The notes under the pieces are model-generated. The model had not been told where the DNA came from and made no database searches. It saw only the letters and a list, made by a program, of their open reading frames with translations. A program made the position numbers and the translations under genes. A DNA stretch of 62,092 nucleotides, filler included. It is 3 parts of 3 records of this genome, joined end to end, with 100 filler letters (N's around TTAATTAATTAA, not from the genome) between each part and the next. Parts side by side here need not be neighbours in the genome. Positions count along the whole stretch, not along the records: positions 15,394 to 42,796 come from SRR20825010_3288; 2 more parts are not named here. One strand, 5' to 3'. Of the stretch, positions 31,202 through 39,483 are shown in pieces. Position 1 is the first letter of the stretch. Every line of letters starts with the position of its first letter.

Positions 31202-31264
31202 GTAGCCGGATTCGCCAGAATTCGGTGTTCCAATTCTCGTCCGAATTCTGGCGAATCCGGCTAC
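31202..31264. repeat. GTAG-type REP/REPIN-like element
   Basis: Perfect 24-bp inverted repeat GTAGCCGGATTCGCCAGAATTCGG / CCGAATTCTGGCGAATCCGGCTAC with 15-nt spacer between convergent genes. Confidence 0.8.
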
Positions 31265-31302
31265 TGTTTGGGGCAGACGGACTTGGAAGTCCATCGTACG
31301 GG

Positions 31303-32421
31303 CTAAACCGGCTCTTGGAACGGTTCGTGTCCCCAACCCGCCAGCTTTGCATTCTTGAAAGCTTCGAACTCGCCCGCTTCGATCGCGTCGCGTGTCGCCT
31401 GCATCAAACGACCGTAGTACATCAAATTGTGATGCGAGAGTAGGATTGGCCCAAGCATCTCGCCCGCAACAAACAAATGGCGCAGATAGCCACGACTGTG
31501 CCGGCAAGCCAAGCACGGGCAATCTTCCATCAGCGGACGGGTGTCGAGTTTGTGCACCGCGTTGCGTAGCTTCAGCGGCCCCTCGTCGGTGAACGCAAGC
31601 GCATTGCGACCGTTACGCGTCGGCATCACACAATCGAACAAATCGATTCCGCGGGCGATGTTTTCGAGCAAGTCACGCGGTGTTCCCACACCCATCAAAT
31701 ACCGTGGCTTGTCCGCCGGTAAATGAGGCGTCGTGAATCCGGTCGTCGTGTACATGTCTTCGGGTGGTTCCCCGACCGACAAACCACCAACGGCGTAACC
31801 TTCAAACGACATCGCGGCCAATTCAGAAGCACACTGCTGCCGCAGTGTTCGATCCAAACCGCCCTGCACGATCGCAAACAAAGCCTGGTCTTCTCGGTCG
31901 GCGGCGATGCGACAACGCGCGGCCCAGCGGATCGATCTCGCCAGTGCGTCTTCGACTTGAGTCATCGGAGCGGGCAATGCGATGACGTGGTCCAGCACCA
32001 TCGCAACATCGCTGCCGAGTGCCTGTTGGATTTCGATCGAGTGTTCCGGGGTCAGTTCGATCTTGGCCCCGTCGATGTGCGAACGAAACGTCGCGGCGTG
32101 CTCGTTGACCTTGTTGATCGCGCCAAGTGAGAAGACTTGGAAACCGCCCGAGTCGGTCAGAATTGGCCCGTCCCAGCCACACATTTTGTGCAGACCGCCG
32201 AGAGCCGCAACCGTTTCGTGTCCGGGACGCAAACGCAAATGGTACGTGTTGCCGAGGATCATGTCCGCACCGGTGGCGGCAACTTGATCAATCGTCAGGC
32301 CTTTGACCGTTCCAAGCGTGCCCACCGGCATGAAGCCAGGCGTGCGGACCGGTCCGCGCGGCGTATGAAACACACCGCGCCGGGCACCTCCATCGGTGCC
32401 GATCAATTCATAGCGAAACAA
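31303..32421 (-). CDS. tgt: tRNA-guanine(34) transglycosylase
   Basis: [45 protein letters not shown], Zn site CPCLAC...H. Confidence 0.96.
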   Translation of the reverse strand: MFRYELIGTDGGARRGVFHTPRGPVRTPGFMPVGTLGTVKGLTIDQVAATGADMILGNTYHLRLRPGHETVAALGGLHKMCGWDGPILTDSGGFQVFSLGAINKVNEHAATFRSHIDGAKIELTPEHSIEIQQALGSDVAMVLDHVIALPAPMTQVEDALARSIRWAARCRIAADREDQALFAIVQGGLDRTLRQQCASELAAMSFEGYAVGGLSVGEPPEDMYTTTGFTTPHLPADKPRYLMGVGTPRDLLENIARGIDLFDCVMPTRNGRNALAFTDEGPLKLRNAVHKLDTRPLMEDCPCLACRHSRGYLRHLFVAGEMLGPILLSHHNLMYYGRLMQATRDAIEAGEFEAFKNAKLAGWGHEPFQEPV

Positions 32422-32426
32422 GCGGG

Positions 32427-33758
32427 TCAGTCGCCCCGCATTTTCAATCCGAGGTCACCCAGCTTTTCACGAACTTCGTTCAAACTGGTCACACCGAAGT
32501 TCTTGCACTCAAGCATGTCATCGCCGGTCTTGCGAATCAGCTCGCCAATGGAGTTAATTTGCAAACGGGTCATGCACTTGCGAGCACGAACGGACAAGTT
32601 GAGGTCCGCGATGGGACGTTCCAGCAACGCTTGTTCGTCGGGCGACATGTGCGAAGTGTCGACAGGCGGGTCGTTGGATTTCTTCTCGCCAGCGAACTGG
32701 CCGAGCGACAAACCTTTCTGCGACAGCATTTCGCGAATTTCGACCAAGCTGGTTTCGCCAAAGTTCTTGCTCGAGAGCAATTCTTGTTCGCTGTGGCGGG
32801 TCAAATCGCCAATCGTTTCGATGCCCATCTTCTGCAGGCAGTTGCGGCTTCGAACGCTGAGTTCGAAGTTTGCAACGGGCATGTTCAACGTTTGAGCCAA
32901 ACGATCGTTGCGACGTTGGGCTTCTTCGTCGTACAGCATGTTGCCGGTCGCCGAAGCGTCCTTCATGTACAGCTGCGTACGAGGGTGATCGGGGTGGCAA
33001 TCCAAGATTCGCTTGTAGCAAAGCTGAGCCTTGTCGTATTGCCCGTTGTCTTCGTACATCACGCCCAAGTTGATCAGGGCACCGATGCCGGTTGGGAATG
33101 CCTTGGCGGCACGCTCGTACAAACGGAGGGCTTCGTCGTCGTTGCCCAAGCGGTCGTTTTCGAGTGCCAAACCAAACAACGCACCCGCGTGGTTTTCGTC
33201 GGTCGACACGGCTCGTTGGTACAAGTTGATGGCTTCTTCCATCCGTCCACCGATCTGGGCGGCGGTTGCAGCACGCTGGTACATGTAGTCAGCGGTCTGC
33301 TCGGCGGGGCCGAAGATGTCGTCCAAGATCGCCATCGCTTCTTCGATCTTGCCTTGGTAACGCTTGGCTTCCGCGATACCAATCTTGCATTGATCTTCGT
33401 TGTATCCTGATGTCTTGGCTTGCTCGTAGCCTTCGATCGCCCCGTCGAAGTTCGACAGTTCAAACTGGCAACGGGCGTTGTAGAACAACGCCATTGCGCT
33501 GCCGTCGGCCGCGGAGAGAGTCTCCGAGGCGTCTTTGAAACGGCCCAGCATGAATTGGCAAACACCCATTTTGGTTTTGCCGGCGGGAGTCAGGGCGTCG
33601 TCCTGCTCCATTTCGTTGACCGCGTCGCGCAGTTCACCGAAGTGTCCGTAGTTTTCGGTGATCGCCTGCCGAATTTCGGCGACGTCGCTGGGGCCGAACG
33701 AGTTGCTCGCCAGAACCATTTGCTTCAGGTCGAGAACTTCGAGTTCGACTTCGCTCAT
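32427..33758 (-). CDS. TPR-repeat protein with two tandem RNA polymerase alpha-CTD domains
   Basis: TPR-like helices then LSVRSRNCL...[11 protein letters not shown] and LSVRARKCM...[11 protein letters not shown]; no alpha-NTD. Confidence 0.88.
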   Translation of the reverse strand: MSEVELEVLDLKQMVLASNSFGPSDVAEIRQAITENYGHFGELRDAVNEMEQDDALTPAGKTKMGVCQFMLGRFKDASETLSAADGSAMALFYNARCQFELSNFDGAIEGYEQAKTSGYNEDQCKIGIAEAKRYQGKIEEAMAILDDIFGPAEQTADYMYQRAATAAQIGGRMEEAINLYQRAVSTDENHAGALFGLALENDRLGNDDEALRLYERAAKAFPTGIGALINLGVMYEDNGQYDKAQLCYKRILDCHPDHPRTQLYMKDASATGNMLYDEEAQRRNDRLAQTLNMPVANFELSVRSRNCLQKMGIETIGDLTRHSEQELLSSKNFGETSLVEIREMLSQKGLSLGQFAGEKKSNDPPVDTSHMSPDEQALLERPIADLNLSVRARKCMTRLQINSIGELIRKTGDDMLECKNFGVTSLNEVREKLGDLGLKMRGD

Positions 33759-33956
33759 CTTCGTTTTGTCCGGGGCTAACTTCGGCTCGCTCGCACAGCG
33801 ATCCGAAAGGAGGGATAAGGAGTCAGGTGGCGATCTGCTCTGCAAAAATGTGCTCTGCAGGAACAAAAATTTGTCGAGAAAATCGACGCACAAATTGTGA
33901 TGCCAATTTTTCCCGACGCTCGGCGGCAAAAAAGTGGAAAATTTTCTGCTCGTCTA

Positions 33957-34030
33957 AGCCAGCGGCCGGATTTGAACCGGCAACCCTCGCATTACGAATG
34001 CGATGCTCTGCCAATTGAAGCTACGCTGGC
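33957..34030 (-). tRNA. tRNA-Thr (anticodon CGT), CCA not encoded
   Basis: GCCAGCGTAGCTTCAATTGGCAGAGCATCGCATTCGTAATGCGAGGGTTGCCGGTTCAAATCCGGCCGCTGGCT folds into a cloverleaf; anticodon loop TTCGTAA, T-loop TTCAAAT. Confidence 0.95.
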
Positions 34031-34602
34031 GACTTTTCCAGAGAATACGTGCGTTTGGGCCAAAACGTCAAGGGCCGTCGGGTCGGCCCAACCGGTCTCC
34101 AGAAGGCCCTGAAGTGATCCCCGCAGGTAAAAATTCCACAAAATTTTGAGACGATGAGAAAAAACTTTTTCGAATTCGCAAAAAAATTCTCTCGAAAATT
34201 TTGTGAGCGGGAGCTGGGATCGCAATTTGTGGTTCTCAAATTGCTCTACCGAAACGGACTCAAATCGGTCTCAGCAGACCACCTGATCGGTGAGCAAACC
34301 CGGACAGACCACAGTTTCGTCGACGTGGCGTGTCCTCGAGCCAGTGCACTTTTTCGCACGATCGAATCGAATTTCGCTCTCCGAAGGTGAAACCAGGCAT
34401 CGACGTGGTGTTAGAATGACGACACATCCCGCGTTGATGCTCTTGGTGACCAATGTGGCCAACTGGATGGCACCGAAACGAGCCAACGCGAACCGAAGCC
34501 GCGATACGCATCAGCGTGGACTGATGCCGGCGATGAATGAACGAATGAAACGGCCCGAGCAAATGGAATCGTTCGCAATGTCGAACGGAAGGTCTTTGAA
34601 CG

Positions 34603-34836
34603 ATGAATGTCACTGAAACGAAACCGTTGGATCAGCCAGCCGAAACGTCCGACGGTCGTCAACCGTCGCCGTCTTCACGGACGCAATCAGCTGAATCGAA
34701 CGCACCCGCGACGTCCTTTCCTGTGAAAGACGATTCAGGCAGCCTGGAATCATTCGCCTTGATGATTGGATTGGACGCCTGCGACGATGCCGCAATCTAT
34801 CTGCATCGTGCTAACACGCATCACGACGGCGAATGA
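34603..34836 (+). CDS. Candidate Pup/UBact-like small modifier protein (77 aa, ends HHDGE)
   Basis: GGAAGG SD-like site; S/P/T/E/D-rich N-terminus, short predicted helix, terminal G-E; 13 nt upstream of the PafA-family gene. Confidence 0.65.
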   Translation: MNVTETKPLDQPAETSDGRQPSPSSRTQSAESNAPATSFPVKDDSGSLESFALMIGLDACDDAAIYLHRANTHHDGE

Positions 34837-34849
34837 ACCCGGCCCCAGA

Positions 34850-36748
34850 ATGACCAGGCCTCGAACGCCCCCACCCCAGACGTCATCGCCCTCAGCCAGG
34901 ATTGCCATTCGCCAGCGTTTGTGCCGACGGTTGATGGGAATGGAAACCGAGTTCGCCACCGTCGTCGAACCTCGCGACGGTTCGTTGAGCTCCGGCGTTA
35001 CAGCTCGCGAGGTCTACGCCGGCTTGCGAGATGCGATTTGTCGCCACTTGCCGGCCGTGGAAGGACTCGATGGCGGCGATCGCCGTTTCTTGGCAAACGG
35101 CTCAGCCATCAACCTCGAGACCCATCTAGCATTTCGCGACGGACCGGGCGGGTTGTTTGAAATGGCGACCCCGGAAGTGTATTGCCCAAGTGATCTGGTC
35201 GCGTGCCAACGAGCGATCGACGAAATCATGCGAGACGCATCGAACGAGGCACGGTGGTCAGACGATCAAAACGTCGGACGACTTCGAGTTCTGAAGAACA
35301 GCTGCGACGCAGCCGGGCATCTCTATGGTTGCCAGGAAAACTACGAGACCGATGTGGCATCCGGCATTGGCTTGCTGGTCTACCGACTCGCGATCTGTTT
35401 CGTTTGGGCGTTGCAGATCGTTTGTGTGTTGATGTCATTTCCAATTGTGGTCGCGATCGTCTTTGCATCGCTGATTCAACACTCGGTTCGGCAAGCTCGA
35501 TCGATCGTTTACCGGCGCGGTGGTCGCTTTGACACACAACTGAACACCACGGACCAAGACAACGATCTGCAGTGGCACGACCATCCCGACACCAGTGATT
35601 CGGAAGAAACGTTTGTGGCACTGCCATCATGGTTTCAATGGCTTTCCATCGCCTGCCTGCGAATGCTGCACCTGCCACTGGTGTTGTCCTTGCGAGTGAT
35701 TGGGACACACATCGCATTCCGAACCCAACGTCGCCATCTGACCGGCCTGCTGGTTTCGCGAGTTGCGATCATGGGAACCGGTCACCTGGATCATGACGGC
35801 CGTTTTTTCTTGTCTGGCAAAGCGTTGGGAATCGACCGGGTCGCCGACATGGGTGGCTTCAACGGCGAGCGACCAATTTTCGTTTACGGTCACTGGTTGT
35901 CAAAGCTGTGTGGTCGTTCTTGGCGATCGATTGCCGAGACTCGTCACTTGCTCAAACGCAGACAACGTTTGCAAATTGGGTTGTCCGATTCCAACCTCAG
36001 CGATCTGGCGCAATGGGCAAAGGTTGGCAGCGTCGCGTTGGTGCTGGACATGATCGAAGCAAAGCAAACGAAGGAGCTGCCACGACTACGTCGTCCAATT
36101 CGAGCTCTGCATGTTTTCAATCGCGATTGGAATCTGCTGCGGCGAATTCCAACCAGCCACGGTGAGATGACATCGTTGGAAATGCAAACGCATTACTACC
36201 GCGCGGCGGCGAAGTTCGTCCGCGAGCAACAACAGCAATCTCGCCAAACGTCCGGTTGGGACGAAGCCGATCGGGCACTGCAACATTGGGCCGAGTCGAT
36301 TCGCTTGGTTCGCCAGTTCCGAAAAGACGGCAACCAAACGGCGCAGGGACTCGGCCGCATCGATTGGCTGGGCAAACGTTGGATGCTGGATCAAGCCGCC
36401 GGTGAGATGCCTGGTGAGAACGCATCTTGGGTGACTCGAAAGAAGATCGACCTTCGATACCACGAGTTGTCCGAAGAGGGTTACTTCGCTCGATTCATTG
36501 CTGACCACCGAGAACATGAACTGGTCGACGAAGATGACATCGAGATGCGTCGTCGCAACGCTCCGGCGGATTCACCGGCCGCCCAAAGAGGCTGGATGAT
36601 TCGTGAATTTGCGGGCGACGTTTCGGTGGCAGGCGGTCCAACCATGCGAACGGATTGGGACCGAGCCTTGGTGGGTCACGAACAAGGCGTTCGCACGGTG
36701 ATCTACGGTCAACGTGAAAGTGAACCGCGGGCCGACAAACGAAGCTAG
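34850..36748 (+). CDS. PafA/Dop-family (Pup-ligase-like, glutamine synthetase fold) protein with hydrophobic insertion
   Basis: RRLMGMETEF, FLANGS, EMATPE, KNSCD..GH.YGCQENY, LSDSNLS, KVGSVALVLDMIE, IDWLGKR, DLRYHEL, TDW match the PafA motif order. Confidence 0.88.
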   Translation: MTRPRTPPPQTSSPSARIAIRQRLCRRLMGMETEFATVVEPRDGSLSSGVTAREVYAGLRDAICRHLPAVEGLDGGDRRFLANGSAINLETHLAFRDGPGGLFEMATPEVYCPSDLVACQRAIDEIMRDASNEARWSDDQNVGRLRVLKNSCDAAGHLYGCQENYETDVASGIGLLVYRLAICFVWALQIVCVLMSFPIVVAIVFASLIQHSVRQARSIVYRRGGRFDTQLNTTDQDNDLQWHDHPDTSDSEETFVALPSWFQWLSIACLRMLHLPLVLSLRVIGTHIAFRTQRRHLTGLLVSRVAIMGTGHLDHDGRFFLSGKALGIDRVADMGGFNGERPIFVYGHWLSKLCGRSWRSIAETRHLLKRRQRLQIGLSDSNLSDLAQWAKVGSVALVLDMIEAKQTKELPRLRRPIRALHVFNRDWNLLRRIPTSHGEMTSLEMQTHYYRAAAKFVREQQQQSRQTSGWDEADRALQHWAESIRLVRQFRKDGNQTAQGLGRIDWLGKRWMLDQAAGEMPGENASWVTRKKIDLRYHELSEEGYFARFIADHREHELVDEDDIEMRRRNAPADSPAAQRGWMIREFAGDVSVAGGPTMRTDWDRALVGHEQGVRTVIYGQRESEPRADKRS

Positions 36749-36920
36749 TCTTGGGAGTTCGGCTGCGGCTCAGGTGACTGCCATCTCCCCCGTGTTGCCA
36801 GCACGCTCTTTCGCGACGACATCGCGTTTACGTTGGTTTTGAGACGACCACACGCTTCCCGACGATCAAGATTCGACGCTAAATCCGCCGCGATAGGCTG
36901 GTTCGTGGATCGTTGGTACC

Positions 36921-39431
36921 ATGGGGACGACGGACACACGTACAAATCGAATTGGGAATCGGATGGGTCGTACTGAATCGTTGGATCCGGGACTTCGTGA
37001 TTTATTGTCACGACTACGCGAACGGGTGCGACGCTACATCGTTTGGGATTCGTTGCTCGCAATCGCGGCGCTGGTGCTGGTCGTGTTCTGGGTGGCACTT
37101 GCGGTCGACTATCTGCCAGTCCGAATCGGCGGCAGCGAAATGCCTCGATCGGCCCGAGCGGTCGTGCTGTTTGTTGTCGCGGTTTTGGTCGTTGTGATTC
37201 TGGCCAAATGGTTGTGGGGCCGACTCAACCGAGAACTGCCCGATGACTCATTGGCGTTGCTGATCGAACGTCACCATCCGAGCCTTGGCGGACGTTTGGT
37301 TACCGCCGTTCAATTGACTCAAGAGAATCGCACCCACGATTCACACAGCCCCGTGTTGTTGCAACACGTTCACCAGGAAGCCGCCGCTGCCGTCGACCAA
37401 GTTGAATTCGGACGTGTCTTTCGGTGGGAACCGATTCGCCGGAAGTTGATGTTGGTCATCCCGTTGTTGCTGGCCGCTTTGGTGATGGCGATCGCCAGCC
37501 CACAAACGTTCGCTCGCGCGGTCGGACGATTGTCTTTGTTTTCTGATTCACCTTGGCCACGAAAAGCTGAGCTTGAAATGATTGGCGTGGAATCGCCGAT
37601 CATCACCGCGGACGACACCGAAGAGGTCGGCACCGAACTTTTGACATTCGAGGACAAGACGCTCCGCTTGGCTCGCGGGAGCAGCACAACGCTTCGCATT
37701 CGTGCGGCAACGGAAGAACTCGGCCACACCGTTCCCGAGATCTGCACGGTTTCTTACGTCGATGATTCCGGCAACCGTGGGCAAAGCAACCTTCGCCGAG
37801 TTGGCCGCATTCAAGATGGTTATCAATCGTTTGTGCTCGACGGGCCACCGCTCGCTTCGTTGGCCGAGTCCGTGACGATGACCATTCGAGGCTTGGACGA
37901 TCGCTTGCTCGACTACCGTATCGAAGCGGTTGATCCGCCCGCGATCGCGGACATGGAATTGGCAATTCGTTATCCCGAGTACTTGCGCATCTTTAACGCC
38001 GAAGATGCATCGCCCGACGCCGCTGATCAAATCCTGAAGTACCAAGCCGGCTTCCGAATTCGCGAGGGCAGCTCGCTCACGCTTCGTGGAACCAGCAGTA
38101 AACCACTCGGTGCCGTCGATGTCGCAACGACTTCCGAAGGTGCAAGCGATGGGTCCACCGAACGTGCGGAACCTGTCGTTAAAATCGCTAACGACCGCAT
38201 GTCGTTTGAATGGTCGGTGTCCGATTTGCGAGCCCCCACCTCCGTCCGATTGGTCCCCAAAGACGAAACCGGCATTTCCGCTCAGGCATCGTATCGATAC
38301 TTCATTGGCGTCGTCCGAGACCAAGTTCCCGAGACATCGATGACGATGAAGGGCATCGGCTCGTCCATCACTCCCATCGCGATGTTGCCAATTCAAGCGA
38401 CTGCAACGGATGACTACGGCGTTGAATCGTTGAGCCTGACGATGGCGGTCCGAGCATCCGAGGAAAATGTAGACGGGGCTAGCGATGGCGAAGCGGCGGC
38501 CAATGCGGAACCACAGCAACACACCGTGTCACCCGAATTGGATCGTGACGGCAACGCCGCTTGGACGTTTGACTTGCGAGACCTTTCTGACGACGGCACC
38601 GTGAATGGGTTGGCTCCCGGAGCGAGCGTGCAAATTTTCACGACGGCCAAGGACCGGTTCGACTTGGGTGAACCACACTCGATTCGCGGCGAGGTGGTTC
38701 GTTTGCAAGTCGTGACACCAGAGACACTGCTCGCGACACTTGAGCGACGCGAACTGGAATTCCGTTCGCGGTTGGAACAAGCGATCGATGAAACCCAACG
38801 TTTGCGTCAGAGTTTGGCCGCGGTGCAAAACGACGCGTTGGATGTTTTGCAAACTCCGGATGAGGGTGAATCTGCCGAGGAATCCGCCTCGACTGGTGAC
38901 GACGAATCCGACGGCGAATCCGCTGACGACGACGGCGAGGAAGACGTCCGGGCGAGACAAAGAGTCCAACTGCGAATCCGCCAATCGGAATTGCAGGCAA
39001 CCAAATCCACGGAAGAGTTGGCGGGGATTGTCGTCGGACTCGAAGACCTGCTTCTCGAAATGGTGCAGAACCGCGTCGATTCGGTTGACCGCCGCGAACG
39101 ATTGGAAAACGGCGTCCGTAACCCATTGTCGGCGGTGGTGACGGAACCCTTGCCACGCCTGCAGCGTCAAATCACTTCGATGGAACGGGTTTTGATGGCG
39201 GAAGATTCCGCCGAATCGTCTGGGGACAAGATGACGGAAGCAGCGACCGCGGCAATCGCAACAACCGACGAAGTCCTCCTGTCGCTCAACGCCGTCTTGG
39301 AAAAGATGCTTGACCTAGAAAGTTTCAACGAAATTCTGGATTTGGTCCGAGGGTTGATCAGCGATCAGGAAGAATTGATCGAGGAAACCGAAGAAACTCG
39401 AAACCAGCAGGTCCAAGATCTGTTCAAGTAG
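36921..39431 (+). CDS. Large membrane protein, DUF4175-like Planctomycete family
   Basis: Three N-terminal TMs, LALLIERHHPSLGGRLVTAVQL, ATATDDYGV, C-terminal coiled coil. Confidence 0.75.
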   Translation: MGTTDTRTNRIGNRMGRTESLDPGLRDLLSRLRERVRRYIVWDSLLAIAALVLVVFWVALAVDYLPVRIGGSEMPRSARAVVLFVVAVLVVVILAKWLWGRLNRELPDDSLALLIERHHPSLGGRLVTAVQLTQENRTHDSHSPVLLQHVHQEAAAAVDQVEFGRVFRWEPIRRKLMLVIPLLLAALVMAIASPQTFARAVGRLSLFSDSPWPRKAELEMIGVESPIITADDTEEVGTELLTFEDKTLRLARGSSTTLRIRAATEELGHTVPEICTVSYVDDSGNRGQSNLRRVGRIQDGYQSFVLDGPPLASLAESVTMTIRGLDDRLLDYRIEAVDPPAIADMELAIRYPEYLRIFNAEDASPDAADQILKYQAGFRIREGSSLTLRGTSSKPLGAVDVATTSEGASDGSTERAEPVVKIANDRMSFEWSVSDLRAPTSVRLVPKDETGISAQASYRYFIGVVRDQVPETSMTMKGIGSSITPIAMLPIQATATDDYGVESLSLTMAVRASEENVDGASDGEAAANAEPQQHTVSPELDRDGNAAWTFDLRDLSDDGTVNGLAPGASVQIFTTAKDRFDLGEPHSIRGEVVRLQVVTPETLLATLERRELEFRSRLEQAIDETQRLRQSLAAVQNDALDVLQTPDEGESAEESASTGDDESDGESADDDGEEDVRARQRVQLRIRQSELQATKSTEELAGIVVGLEDLLLEMVQNRVDSVDRRERLENGVRNPLSAVVTEPLPRLQRQITSMERVLMAEDSAESSGDKMTEAATAAIATTDEVLLSLNAVLEKMLDLESFNEILDLVRGLISDQEELIEETEETRNQQVQDLFK

Positions 39432-39483
39432 AAAGGAACGCGGGTGATCGACCGGGCTCGTTTTCTGGACGCATCCTCGCGAC

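Noticed and set aside
32427-33758. Calling this gene rpoA
   Set aside because: It lacks the alpha N-terminal assembly domain and is not in a ribosomal protein operon.
33957-34030. tRNA-Thr as an integration site for an island carrying the PafA locus
   Set aside because: No integrase or duplicated tRNA 3' end was seen, and the locus lies on the tRNA's 5' side.
34290-34616. 108-aa ORF upstream of the Pup-like gene as a third system component
   Set aside because: No recognisable motif, atypical composition and overlap with the small gene's start; probably spurious, though not excluded.
34766-34849. N-terminal extension of the PafA-like ORF from TTG 34766
   Set aside because: It would overlap the Pup-like ORF; homology begins near RRLMG, so ATG 34850 or later is preferred.
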